Part shown: piece by piece, positions 11,286 through 22,759 of the stretch
Layout: each line of letters begins with the position of its first letter
Position numbering within the stretch: position 1 is the first letter of the stretch
Assembly (NCBI RefSeq): GCF_020745735.1
Contig: NC_083409.1
Coordinates: forward strand, 11,835,052-11,899,051
DNA: 64,000 nt
From: Hemiscyllium ocellatum
Taxonomy: Eukaryota
Direction of reading: 5' to 3'
Notes under the pieces: model-generated
Seen by the model: the letters and a program-made list of their open reading frames with translations, nothing else
Told to the model about the DNA's origin: nothing
The model's database searches: none
Program-made: the position numbers and the translations under genes

Positions 11286-11382
11286 TTTATAAAGCTGCAG
11301 CCTGTGAGAGTCTGACTGGGTGTTCCTCAGGATGTAAATGGCATCAGGCAGAGAGAGCCACGTCAGCCCCTCACACTTCCTC
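11286..11382 (-). promoter_or_regulatory. V-kappa promoter, cluster 1
   Basis: Minus strand: GAGGAAGTG (ETS/PU.1-like, 11374-11382), TGACGTGG (CRE-like), octamer variant ATTTACAT (11332-11339) and TATAAA (11286-11291), ~60 bp before the ATG. Confidence 0.75.
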
Positions 11383-11384
11383 TT

Positions 11385-12414
11385 CTCTCTCTCTTGTCCT
11401 TCATTTTCATACTTCCTTTCTCCCTTTTCCCTTTTTTCTCTTTCTCACATTTCTCTTGTATATATTCCTGTTATTCGTTGACTTTCTCCCTCTTTTTCTA
11501 TTTCCGTCTCTGACTCTGTCCTCTCCCAATTATATAACTACTTATATCTTTCCCTTTTTCCATGTATGTTTGACATTCTGTTTATCTCCATTTCCTTCTG
11601 TGTTGATTGGTCTCTCTCTCTTTCTTATAATTTATTCTTCTCCTTCACTATCTTTCTACCTAATTCCTCACTCGTTCTCTCCTTATATCCTCAATCTCTA
11701 ATTGCCTCACTCTCTCCTTGTCTGTCTCCCTCCCTCCAGTCACTATCTAACTGATCTCTATAACAGGCATTATTCCAGGACATCGGAACAGTGAGACCTG
11801 GGGCAGCAATTAAATGCCTCGCCCTCTCTCACTCAATCTCACAATGTACACTTTCTCACTTTCTCTCTCTCTCTCTCTCTCTCTCTGTCTTCTGTCTCTC
11901 TCTCAACCAGAAGCACAATGACAAGTCTGTACTGGGCATCAATGATCTAACAACACCAATCCCAGCTTGGCATTGAGGGAGAGGATCAACCATGATCATA
12001 TTGAATGACAGAGCAGCCTCACAGGGCCAATCCCTATCCCTAATCCTAACCCTACTGCTGCTCCCTGTTTCTATCTTTTTATGTCTGTGTAATCTCCAAT
12101 CTCTGCCCCAGGACATTGATCCCTCTACTCATGGAAAACATTGCCTTTCTTTCCACCCTATCTCTGCCCCTCATAATCTTATAGCCCTTCAGCAGGTTCC
12201 CTCTCAACCTTCACTGCTCCAAGAGAAACAATCCCAGCCTTTCCAATCCTTCCTCATAACTCAGACTCTCCAGGCCAGGCAGCATCCTGGGAAATCTCTG
12301 CACCCTCTTGAGTACAGTCATATCCTTCTCATAACGTGGTGACCAGAACCTGTCAGTCTGTCTCTCTATCAGTAGATTCCCTTTACTCCTAGTCTCACAC
12401 CTGCTCTGCATCTT

Positions 12415-12470
<56 letters not shown>

Positions 12471-12720
12471 CCCTCTCTCCCCTCTCTCTCTCAGTCACAC
12501 TGTCTCATACTCTATCTCGCTCTATCTCTATTCTTCAACTCCACCATCTCTACCTCTCTCTCTCCCCCCCTTTACTCATCCTACACCGCCTCAGACTCTT
12601 TATCCCACTCTCTCTCACTTTCATACCTTGTCCTTCTATGTCTCTCTCACCAACAGTCTCTCTCTCTCCCTCGCACTCACACTCTCTCCCTCTCTCTGCC
12701 TTTCCAACAATGTCCCAAGT
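11385..12720. repeat. Pyrimidine-rich low-complexity / (TC)n microsatellite region with embedded LINE fragment
   Basis: Long TC/CT runs (e.g. 11863-11902, 12420-12500); a CR1 piece lies at ~12100-12350. Confidence 0.85.
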
Positions 12721-13172
12721 GGTAAAATACAGGGAAAATCTGCTCCAGCTCTACCCCACTAATGGATGTTAACCCTTGACACCAAGAGTATGTCTACTCC
12801 TGGACAAAAGCCCCATTTCCCACATTGACCAGGATTTGTCCTCTGTCAGGAAGACGGTCAGTTTCTTGACAAATCAAGGGCAATTCTGTGCTGTTGGTCT
12901 ATTCTCCCTGGGGACTGGTTTGGTTTGGACACAAACCTCATTCCATGAAGGCCCAGCAGAGAGAGGAGATCCTCAGGCTATCAGTGTGAGCTGGAGGGAT
13001 AGGACAGGCTCTGACCCACTGACCCATCCTGTCCATTCACAACATATTCCAATCCTTTCCCCTCACCTTCCCCTTCCATGTTCAAGCTCGAGTTTCACTG
13101 GGATGAGGATTGGACCATCACACGGTTACTACTGAAAGGAAATGAGCCCCACACTCACCACGTTATCCATGT

Positions 13173-13436
13173 CCCACTGGACTGTCCAATGGACACCAGT
13201 AAGCATGGAATTCATTCCCACTGAACTCTCCAATAGAGACCATTAAACAGGTGCCTCTTTGCCACTGGAGCCTCCAATGGAAACCAGTAAAGATGGATCT
13301 ATTTCCCACTGAATACTCCAGCAGAGACTAGTTAACATGGAGCTTATTCCTGTTGGGCTCTCCAATACAGACCAGGAACGATGTGACTCTTTGTGACTGG
13401 ATCCTCCAATACAGACCAGTAAACAAGGATCTCATT
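13173..13436 (+). repeat. 44-bp degenerate tandem repeat, 6 units
   Basis: Units start at 13173, 13217, 13261, 13305, 13349 and 13393; consensus ~CCCACTGGAnCCTCCAATAGAGACCAGTAAACATGGAnCTCnTT. More decayed units lie at ~14500-14680. Confidence 0.85.
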
Positions 13437-13740
13437 GCCTTCGCAAGATTGAACTTCGGAATGAGGAGCAGGAATAGGTAAATCAACCCTTCAAGCCCCT
13501 TTCCTATTTAACATGATCATGGCTGAACTTAACCTCCTCTCCACTTTCCAGACTGCTACCTATTGCCCTCTATCCTGCTTTTCATCAGAAAGATATCTGT
13601 TTCTTTCTTGAATCTGTTGATTGATTCTGCCTCCATTGTGCTTAGGGAAGGGGGTCGGGGGGAGTGGGGAGGGGGCTGGGAGAGGTTGGTGGTGGTGTGC
13701 ACTGACATCCACAGATTCACAACCCTCTGAGAGAAGTAGT

Positions 13741-14080
13741 TGGAATGGAACAGATTCCATATAGTATGGAAACAGGCCATTCAGCCCAACAAGTCCACAC
13801 TGACCCTTCAAAGAACATTCCACCCAGAGCCATTCCCGAACCCTTTCCCTGTAAACCTACATTTCCCATGACTAATGAATCTAACCTACACTTTCCTGGA
13901 CACTATGGGTAAATTAGCATGGCCAATCCTCCGAATGTGTACATCATTAGACTGTGGGAGGAAACCGGAGCACACAGGGGGAGAATGTGCAAACTCCATA
14001 CAATTGCCCGAGGGTGGAATTGAACCTGGGTCCCTGGCACTGTGAGGCAGCAGTGCTCACCACTGCACCACTGTGCCACC
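13741..14080 (-). mobile_element. tRNA-derived SINE (HE1-like)
   Basis: Reverse complement of the SINE at 7499-7806. Confidence 0.85.
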
Positions 14081-15604
14081 TGTAGTTTCTCTTCATCTCA
14101 GTTTTAAACATACCTCCTCTCACTCTATATCTATGACCTATTGTTTGAGACTGGCCCACAAGAGAGAACATCTGTTCCATGTCCGCCCTATCAATCCCGT
14201 TGAGCATCTTATATACTTCACTCCGATCCCCCCTTCATGCGACTGAATTCCAGTGAGTACAAGCCCGAGCTATTCAACCATTCCTCATATGTCAGCCCTA
14301 TCATCCCGGGAATCAGTCTGGTGAACATCCTCTGAACTTACATCCAGTGCCACCATATCCTTCACCAAGTAAGGAGACCAAAACTGAACACAATGCTTCA
14401 GATGTGGTCTCACTAATGCCTCACAAATATTTCGTTAATTCTGTAATCCAGTCCTTTTTTTATAATAAATACCAAAATTCCAATTGCTGCAAGAAATGCC
14501 AACATTCCAATTCCATGGGACTCAATTGGAACCTCCAACAGAGATCAGGAAACATGGGCCTCCATCCCACTGGAATGTCCAATGGACAACAATAAGCCTG
14601 AGCTTCTTTCCCACTGGACCCTCCAGTATTGGAGCTTCAAACCCCACATCCACTCCATCACATAGGTCTCTTATTTCAAACTCCACAACATTGTCCTTCT
14701 CTGCTCTACATCAGCCCCTTGACTACAGACACTCTTATTCCTGCTCATCCCACCTCCAAACTCCATCATTCCGATGTCCTCTCTCAGCTTTCTCCATCTG
14801 TGCTCCATAAATTCCAAATTGTCTGGAATGAAATGGCCCCTTCCCTGTCTCACACCAAGGAGGAGATGGACAGATTTGATATTAGTAATGAGTTGCAAGA
14901 TTACGGAGAGTGGGTGTGGTCAGAATTGGTCAAATTGATGACGGCTTCTGCAGTTGAATATCCTGCTGGCTGGCTCCAGCCTTTTACACACAGAATGGAG
15001 AAGTGTGTATTGCAGGCATATATTGTAAAGTTCCATAGAATTAAACCTCAGCATCAAGTGTCCCTCAGGAGGGGAGAGAGAATGTTCAGGGTCCTGAGCT
15101 CCATTTCCCAGCCCAGGCAGTTTGACTCCCAGTGAATGAATGAGATGCCAACTTGGAGCCCAGATTAGGGGCAGTCTCTGCTGTGGACCCAAGTCGACAA
15201 GAGGCAACTGGAGATTGAACTGAAAAGGAAAGATTTGCTGGGTTATGGGGAGAGAGAGGGCAGTGGGACTAATTGGATCACTCACAGACACCATGGACCG
15301 AATGGCCTCCTCCTGTGCTGGGGGTGGGAGGGGGTGGGCAGATTTAGGACAAAATTGAGAAGGAACTTCTTCACCCAGAGGGTGGTGAATCGATGGAATT
15401 CCCTGCCCAGCGAAGTCGTTGAGGTTTCCTCAGTAAATGTTTTTAAAGCTGATATAGATAATTTTTTGAACAGTAAATGAATCAAGGGTTTTGATGAAAA
15501 GGTGGGTAGGGGGAGCTGAGGCCATGAAAAGATCAGCCATGATCTTACAGAATGGCAGAGCAGCCCAAGAGGCCAGAGAGCCTGCTCCTGCTCCTGGTTT
15601 TAAT

Positions 15605-15858
15605 GTTCTTATGTGCTGTCAGATTCCAGGGAGTGCAGACAGTTCAGTTTTCTTCCGTCTCAGTAACAAACATCCAGCTGCTCTGAGCTCCTTATTTCAC
15701 TTCCTCTCTTGGTGAAGTTTCAACCTTGCGATCTGACAGTCTTTGCAGTTATTTTTTACACTGGGGCTTTCTGCTGTGGTCAGAATTTCTAATAATAAGT
15801 GTCCAATCAGTGACAATCACAGCAGCTAAGAGCAGTCAGGACTGAGGAGCCAGGCTCA
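15605..15858 (-). promoter_or_regulatory. Candidate B-cell regulatory module (CCAAT/Y-box, EICE, E-box), cluster 1
   Basis: TTTCACTTCCTC at 15695-15706 is GAGGAAGTGAAA on the minus strand; CTGATTGG and CAGCTG are also present. ~93% identical to 36897-37146. Confidence 0.55.
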
Positions 15859-15960
15859 CTGGGAAACACATTGGGAAGATCAAAGCCATCCTCTTCAGCT
15901 CCCGGTACAACCTCCATCCCTCTCCCTGAGCACTGTCTGCTGCTCAACCAGACTCTTTAC

Positions 15961-16198
15961 AAAAACAGAATACCTCAGCAGGTCTGGCTGCATCTGGGGA
16001 AAGAAATCAGAGTTAACCTTTCAGATCGAGTGACCCTTCTTCAGAACAGTTCTGAGAAGGTTCACTTGTCCCAAAATGTTAACTCTGCTTTCCCTCCACT
16101 GATGATGTCAGACCTGCCGAGCTTTTCCAGCAATTTCTGTTTTTGCTCCTCATTTGCAGCATCTGCAGCTTTTTCAGCTTTTATTTAGTACCGGATTC
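15961..16198. mobile_element. Palindromic (inverted-arm) Penelope-terminus-derived insertion
   Basis: Arms ~15962-16045 and ~16050-16145 are reverse complements around CAGAACAGTTCTG. Imperfect TSD (T/C)TTACAA. Absent at the homologous site 36798-36805. Confidence 0.65.
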
Positions 16199-16199
16199 C

Positions 16200-16560
16200 T
16201 TACAATCTTGGCCTCATCTTTGAGGCTGATCTGAGCCCCAAATCCTCCACAGCACAGAGATCACTCACTGAAAGTGCCAGCCGTTGCTTTGGGACTCCAA
16301 ACGTGATCATTCTAATGTTGTCCTGGGCCACATCACGGTCACTGCCCTCTGTAAACTACAGCTCACCCCAAACTGTGCTGCCCGTATCCAAACTCGCAAC
16401 AAATCCCATCCACATTCCCCACCGTCCTCACTGAGCGACATTGGCTCCTGGTCCAAACCAACACCTCAATGTTCAAATTCTCGTCCTTGCTCTGAAGTCC
16501 CTCCTTGTCCATCCACCCTCCCCATCTCTGTAACCTCCTCCTAGCTGCCTCACTCAGTGT
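16200..16560 (+). mobile_element. L2-type LINE fragment (mirror copy ~36440-36790, -)
   Basis: Contains KLQLTPNCAARIQTR and a QILVL-like segment resembling the L2 ORF2 C-terminus. Confidence 0.6.
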
Positions 16561-16789
16561 GGTCAGCAATCTTGGATATATGGCTCTCTATTCCTTCATC
16601 CAAGACATTAAGAAATACTGTGAAGTGCTAAAGTCCCAGGATGGATCCCTTGGCACACCACTATTCACCTCTTGCTCATTGTCCCCTCACTCTGTCTCCT
16701 ATCTCCAAAGTAATTCCTAACTCAAGGCAAATATTTTTATCTAATTCAATATGTATCCACGTTGATGAACAATCTCTCAAACAGTGAAA

Positions 16790-19230
16790 CTCGAAGCAGG
16801 AATAGGCCATTCAGCCCTTCGAGCCTGTTCTGCCATTCAATATGATCATGGCTGATCATCCAACTCAGTTGCCTGTTCCTGCTTCATCCCCATAACCTTT
16901 GATCCCTATCATTCAAAGAATTGTATCGTGCCTTTCTGGAAAACATTCAGTGGTTTGAGCTGAGCTGCTTTCAGTGACAGAAACGTCTACAGGCTTCCTG
17001 TAGAATGAAAACATTTCTCTCCACCTCAGCCCTAAATATCCTTTCCCATATCCTTAAACCTTAATCCTTGATTCTGGACTCCCTCGTCATCAGGAACATT
17101 CTGCCTTGTCCTGTTAGGATTTTAGAGTTTTCAGTGTGACTCCCCTCAATCTTCTGACCTCCAGTGAATATAATCCTAACTGATCCAGTTTCTCATCAGA
17201 TCTAAGTCTAAGTGCTGTCATCCCAGGAATCAGTCTGGTAAACCTTTGCTGCCCTCCCTCCACAGCCAGAACATGCTTCCTCAGATAAGTAGACCAAAAC
17301 TGCACACAATATAATCATAAAATCGCACAGTACAGAAGTGGCCTTTCGACCCATTGTACCTGTACCATCCAAACTACAGTCAGCCTGCATTCATCCAACT
17401 TTCCAACACAAGGCCCATAGCTTTAAATGTTATGATATTTCAAGGGTTAATCCAAGTACTTTTTAAAGTCCTCCTCAACTACCAGCCCAGACAATGCAAA
17501 CCAGACCCCCACCACCCTCTGGGTGAAAACCTCCTCTTCAAATCCCCTCTGAAGCTCCTGTCTTTCACAGTGAATGTGTGCCAACTCCGAAGAAGAGGAA
17601 CAACTGCTTTCTATTCATTGTGTCCATTCCCCTCATACCCGTTTACACCTCTATCAGGTCCTCTCAACCTTCTCTGCTTCAAAGAAAACAACCCGAGTTT
17701 ATCCAGCCTCTCTTCATCACTGAAATGCTTCATCCCAAGCAACATCCTGGTGACTATTCTCTGCACCCCCTCCAGTACAATCCCATCCTTCCGATCACGT
17801 GGTGACCAGAACTGCACACAGTACTCCAGCTGTGGCCTAACCAAAGTTCTGTACAGCTCCAACATCTCTTCCCTGGTCTTCTCATCTGTACCTGAAATGA
17901 TAAAGGCAAGTGTCCCATATGACTTCATCAATACTTTATTCACCTGTTACATCGTCCAAAGTTCATCACCTCACATTCATCAGGGGTAAGTTCCATCTGA
18001 CTCTGATCTGCCCATCTGACCAATCCAGTTAGATCCTCGTGTAACCCAAGACCTTCTTCCTCACTGTCAACCATCTGCCAAACCTCATGTCATCTACAAA
18101 CTCAGTCATCATCCACCCACCCCCACCCCTCACCTCTCACATTTTCATCTTCATTGTTTCAATACATCCTGAACAATAAGGGACCCAGCACTGATCCCTG
18201 TGGTATCCCACTGCACACTGGGCCCAGTCACATAAACAAATTTCTGCCTCCACCCTCTGTCTCCTGTCACTGAACCAGTTTTGGTTTGAATATTCAGGTG
18301 TGGACTCACTAAGGCCCCATACAATTACAGCAAGACATCCCTGATCCTGTACTCAAATTCTCTCACTATAAAGGTAACATATCATTTACCTTCTGCACTG
18401 CCTGCTGCACCTGCACGCTGACTTTCAGTGACTGGTATACACGGACACAGGCATCCCTGCATCTTCTTCACTGCTCCCCCTTCCACCCAGCTTTGTGTCA
18501 TCTGCAAACTTGGAGATATTACTCTTAAGTTGCCTCATCTAAACCATGAACCAATATGTGACTAGCTGGATCCAGGCCTGTGGTACCTTTTCAGAAAAAG
18601 ATCTGTTTTTTTTTACTCTTTGTTTCCAGCCTGCCAACCACTTCTCTATTCATGTCAGTAGACTGCCCCCAGTCCCATGAGTCTTACTTTTATATGCTAA
18701 TTTCTACTGTGGGACTTAATAAAAGCCTTCTGAAGGTTCCAGATAAACCACATCCGTTGGCTCCCCCTTGTCAAATCTGCTCATTCCATCCTCGAACAAT
18801 TCCAGTCAATTTGTTAAGCATGATCTCCCTTTCACAAACCATGCTGACTCTGTCTAATCCTGTCACTGTCTTCCACGTGCCCAGTGATTAAATCTTTCAC
18901 AACGAACTTGACTATTTTTCCCAATACCAATGCCAGGCTGACTGGTCCAGGTTGCCCACTTTCCTTTCTCCCTCCCGTTTTAAACAGTGATGTTACATTC
19001 GCAACTCTCCAGTCACTGGGAAAGTTCCAGAATCGATAGAATCTTGAACACCAATGTTCCCCAAATTTTTGGGCAATTCCTGAAGTAATCTGAAATGTAG
19101 GTTATTGGTCCCTGCGGAGTTATCAAACTTTAATCCCATAAATTTTTGAAAACCATTTCCCGAATAAAACTAATTTTTTTCAGTTCTGCCCTCAGCCTAT
19201 ACCCTGTTGTCCCAACATGTTTCAAATGGA
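16790..19230 (-). mobile_element. Nested CR1 LINE fragments
   Basis: ORF 17611-17943 (LELYRTLVRPQLEYCVQFWSP) and other RT pieces. Confidence 0.85.
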
Positions 19231-19249
19231 TTTGAGTTTTCCTTTATGT

Positions 19250-20190
19250 ACAAAGATCCAGAATGCAACAAAGGCAGAAATTTCCTTGTTAGCTTTTGTC
19301 AGCGGTATTTAGCAATATACTTTCATCAAATCAACTTTCGATAGCAATGACACACTACCCACCATTTCAATGCAATCTTCTGACCTGGGAATAGCATACA
19401 AATCCATCTTTGTGACAACATTCACTTTCCTATAGTGTACACAGAATCGAATTGAAACATCTGGCTGAGTCACCAAACAAGAGAACTCCAATTACTCTTA
19501 ACAGTTCAATCAGGGGACCCTCTCTTGTTTGTGATCAGTAATTTGCTGATTTTTAGGTGGTTTGAATCATCCCCAGATCCCTGGTTCCACAAATGGGCTG
19601 ATTTAAAACTGTGAAATTAAGAAGGCAATAGACAGGTGTTTCAGGACAAAAGAATCTCTGTGTTTGTTCAGAACAGGCCTGTGTCTGGAAGCTCTTGTTC
19701 AGATAGCGTTTGGTTGGTGTTCCTGCTCTCGGGTGTCCTTTATTACGATGATGCTCTTGGATTGGTGTCTGGATTCAGCTTCTGTGTTTGGCCTCTGTTG
19801 TTCTTGGTTCTAAAGCTGCTTGTTGGTAGTGTGTGTTAGTAGGCCGAGGTTGTAAAAGTCAGTTTCAGTCAAGAGAATGTGTTCTGGTTGGTGTCCCTTT
19901 CAGAGTTGAGTTGTGAACTGGAATTCCAGGCAGAACAATAGTTCCAGGCAGCCATTTTTTACCAAAAATCCAAGGTTTTAGATGATAGTGACTTTTGCTC
20001 AATCCTACACAAGAGAACTCCAATTACGCTGACAATTCAATCAATTGATTCTCCAACAAGTATTGAGCTTCATTTGTTACTTTCACGTATTTCTCTGGTT
20101 TTAATCAAAATGGATTTTGTTTTATTGGGTCTGAATAACCTACATCCACATCATGTTCGATAATCTGGGACACCTAAGTGTATCTTTTAA
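19250..20190 (-). mobile_element. Gypsy-type LTR retrotransposon RT relic
   Basis: Minus strand reads PIKQNPF*LKPEK...YLLENQLIE (~20000-20125) and IRFCVHYRKVNVVTKMDLYAIPRSEDCIEMVG...SKVDL (19309-19491). A ~500-bp insert separates the two, with imperfect ~33-bp direct repeats. Confidence 0.75.
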
Positions 20191-20949
20191 AGACCATGTA
20201 TCAGTGTAGAGTTAGGCCATTCAGCCCATCACGTCTGCTCTGCCATTCGATCATAATTGATTTGTTTGTCAACCCCATACTCCTGCCTTTTCTCCATTAC
20301 CCTTGATCCCTTTACCAATCAAGAATCCATCTATCTCTGTCTTAAATACACTCAATGACTTGGCCTCCACAGCATTCTGCAGCAATGATTAATCCACAGA
20401 TTAACCACTCTCTGGATGAAAAATCTCCTCCTCATCTCAGTTCAAAAGGATGGTCCCTTCACTCTGAAGCTGTGCCCTCAGTCTCTCTGCCAAGTGGAAA
20501 CATCTTCTCCATGTCTACTCTATCCAGGCCTCTCAGGATACAGTATGTTTCACTGAGATTGCCCCTCATCCTTCCAAACTCCATCAAGTACAGACCGAAT
20601 ACAGGCTCCAACCTCTCCTCAGACAAACTTCTTTGTATTCTCTGAGCAATCTCACTCTGTCCCTCTGTTGATCTTCCTCCAGATGCAAAAATACAGTGTC
20701 TGAATTCTCTAATATCTCTGAATTTGTTCACCTCATAAGAGGAAGTTCACTTTGGAAATTGTCCAATTGCCTTTGGATCTCATGCTTTTTCTCATCCCCT
20801 CCTCCATTATACTCACTACTTGACACACCTGTACACGACTGAATGGTTCCTCAAAAACTGGGAGAGGAATTAAGGATGCTGGTTCAATCACATGTTGAGG
20901 TTTACCTATAACTTGACAAGTATTTTTTAAAAATTATTCATTTTGTGTA

Positions 20950-22300
20950 ATGTGAGCATCACTGGTTGGCCAGGATTTGTTGCTTATCCCCAGTTGCCCA
21001 AGGCCAGCTTTTATTGCTCATCCCTAATTCAACTCTTTTGTCCATGTTTGAACCAATCTGTAATGAAGCCAGGAGCTGAGTGACCCTGGTGGAACCCAAA
21101 CTGGGCATCACTGAGCAGGTTATTGCTGAGCAGGTGCTGATTGATAGCACTGTTGATGACACATTCCCTCACTTCACTAATGATCGAGAGGAGATTGATG
21201 GGGCGGTAACTGGCTGGCTTGGATTTGTCCTGCTTTTTATGTACAGGACATAGTTGGGCAATTATCCACATTGTCGGGCAGATGCTAGTGTTATAGCTTT
21301 CCTGGAACAGCTTGGCTAGGGAAGTGACAAGTTCTGCAGCACAAGTCTTCAGTATTATTACCAGAATGTTGTTAGGGTCCATAGCCTTTGCAGTACCCAG
21401 TGCCTCCACCCATTTCTTGATAACACGTGGAGTGAATCAAATTGACTGAAGATGGTTATCTTTAATGCTGAGGACCACTGGCGGAGGCCAAGATGGATCA
21501 TCCACTCAGAACTTCTGGCTGAGGATTTCTGCAAAAGCTTCAACCTTATCTTTTGCCCTGATGTGTTGGACTCTTCCATCATTGAGGGTGGGGATATTTG
21601 TGTGGAGCCCGCTCATCCAGTGAGATGTTTAATCGTCTACCAGTACTCATGACTGGATGTGACAGGGCTGCAGAGCTTAGACCTGATCCATTGGTTGTGT
21701 GTTGTCTAATACTGTCTGTCAATTGCTGCTTGTGCTGCTTGCCATGCAAGTAGTCATGTTTGGTGGTTTCACCAGGTAAATACCTCATCTTGGTAAAAAC
21801 AATGACTGCAGATGCTGGAAGCCAGAGTCTAGATTAGAGTGGTGCTGGAAAAGCACAGCAGTTCAGGCAGCATCCGAGGAGCAGTAAAATTGACCTTTCG
21901 GGCAAAAACCCTTCATCAGGAATGCAGGAATACCTCATCTTGATGAATGACTGGTGCTGCTCCTGGTACGCCCTCCTGAATTCTCCATTGAACCAGTGTT
22001 GATTCCCTGGTTTGATGATGATGGTCGTGTCAGGGCTGGAGCACAATTCTGCTGCTGTTGATGGCCCACAGTACTTCATGGATGCCCAGTCATGAGTTGT
22101 GAGATAGTCTCGTGGAAGTGCCACACAACACGATGGAGGCTATTCTCAATGTGAAGGCGGGTGTTAGTCTTCACAAGGACTGTGCGGTGGTCACCCTTAC
22201 TGGTACTTTCGTGGGGAGAAGCATCTGCAGCTGGCAGATTGGTAAAAATGAGTTCAAGTATGTTACATTTATAAAACTGTGCCACATCTTTATATAATTT
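20950..22300 (-). mobile_element. Non-LTR retrotransposon (CR1/L2 clade) endonuclease-RT fragment
   Basis: ORF 21029-21409 contains PVHKKQDKSKPASYRPINLLS...LLSDAQFGF; an LELIFTNLP...DHRTV endonuclease end lies at ~22150-22280. Confidence 0.8.
21793..21928 (-). mobile_element. Short Penelope-like terminal insertion with 14-bp TSD
   Basis: TSD AATACCTCATCTTG at 21779-21792 and 21929-21942; same terminus as 4201. Confidence 0.85.
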
Positions 22301-22759
22301 TGGCTCAATAAAACACCTGATTCTGGATGCCTGTGGACAATTGGACAATTTCCAAATCCCCATGGTCCTGTCATGGAAATCTGATGTGTTCCTCACAATA
22401 TCTCCTTGTGATAGCTGGATGGTACCACGAGCTAATATCTAACCAACCATTCTTCATCTGGGGGTCCATGGAGGGACGGTGTTGGGAGGGCGGTCTCCAC
22501 TTCCTCATCAGTGCTCCATTCTGAAGATAATAGCATTCTGAAACCCCTCCAGCCTCGACCTCAGTATGAACTGACGGTGATCATTTATTTCATTCGGGAT
22601 CTGCTTTTTGGATCTGTTGTAATTAGTGACATCATACCAAACACTCCACCTGGATTGTCTTCACCCTTTTGGAAAGTTTCAGCGATCCTTTCACTTGCTG
22701 TGATGTCACATCAACCCTTATTGATGGATTTTGTTTAACCATTGCCCTGGTTACCTCAC

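Larger units (their letters stand above)
850..17960 (-). repeat. Left arm of large inverted segmental duplication (kappa cluster 1)
   Basis: Collinear reverse-complement matches to 33920-54420 cover the C exon and 3' flank, shared LINE fragments, the V-J, the 12730-13090 block, the EICE block, and 17080-17950 vs 33920-34810. Background identity is ~83-88% by hand. Ends are approximate. Confidence 0.85.

Noticed and set aside
12730-13090. Non-repeat-looking block shared with 40830-41210 as a conserved element
   Set aside because: About 83% identity, which is background for the duplication.
13173-13436. CRISPR-like array
   Set aside because: This is eukaryotic DNA with head-to-tail degenerate 44-bp units, no unique spacers and no cas genes.
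13645-13682. G-quadruplex-like G runs (also 6743-6760, 24454-24467, 30770-30789)
   Set aside because: They lie inside TE fragments, are not conserved between arms, and do not resemble switch regions.
15929-15967. ACAAAAACA nonamer-like sequence with CACTGTC upstream as a possible RSS
   Set aside because: The heptamer is non-canonical, the spacing is 21 bp, and the nonamer is the end of a Penelope-derived insertion. By eye I found no complete 12- or 23-RSS anywhere in the window.
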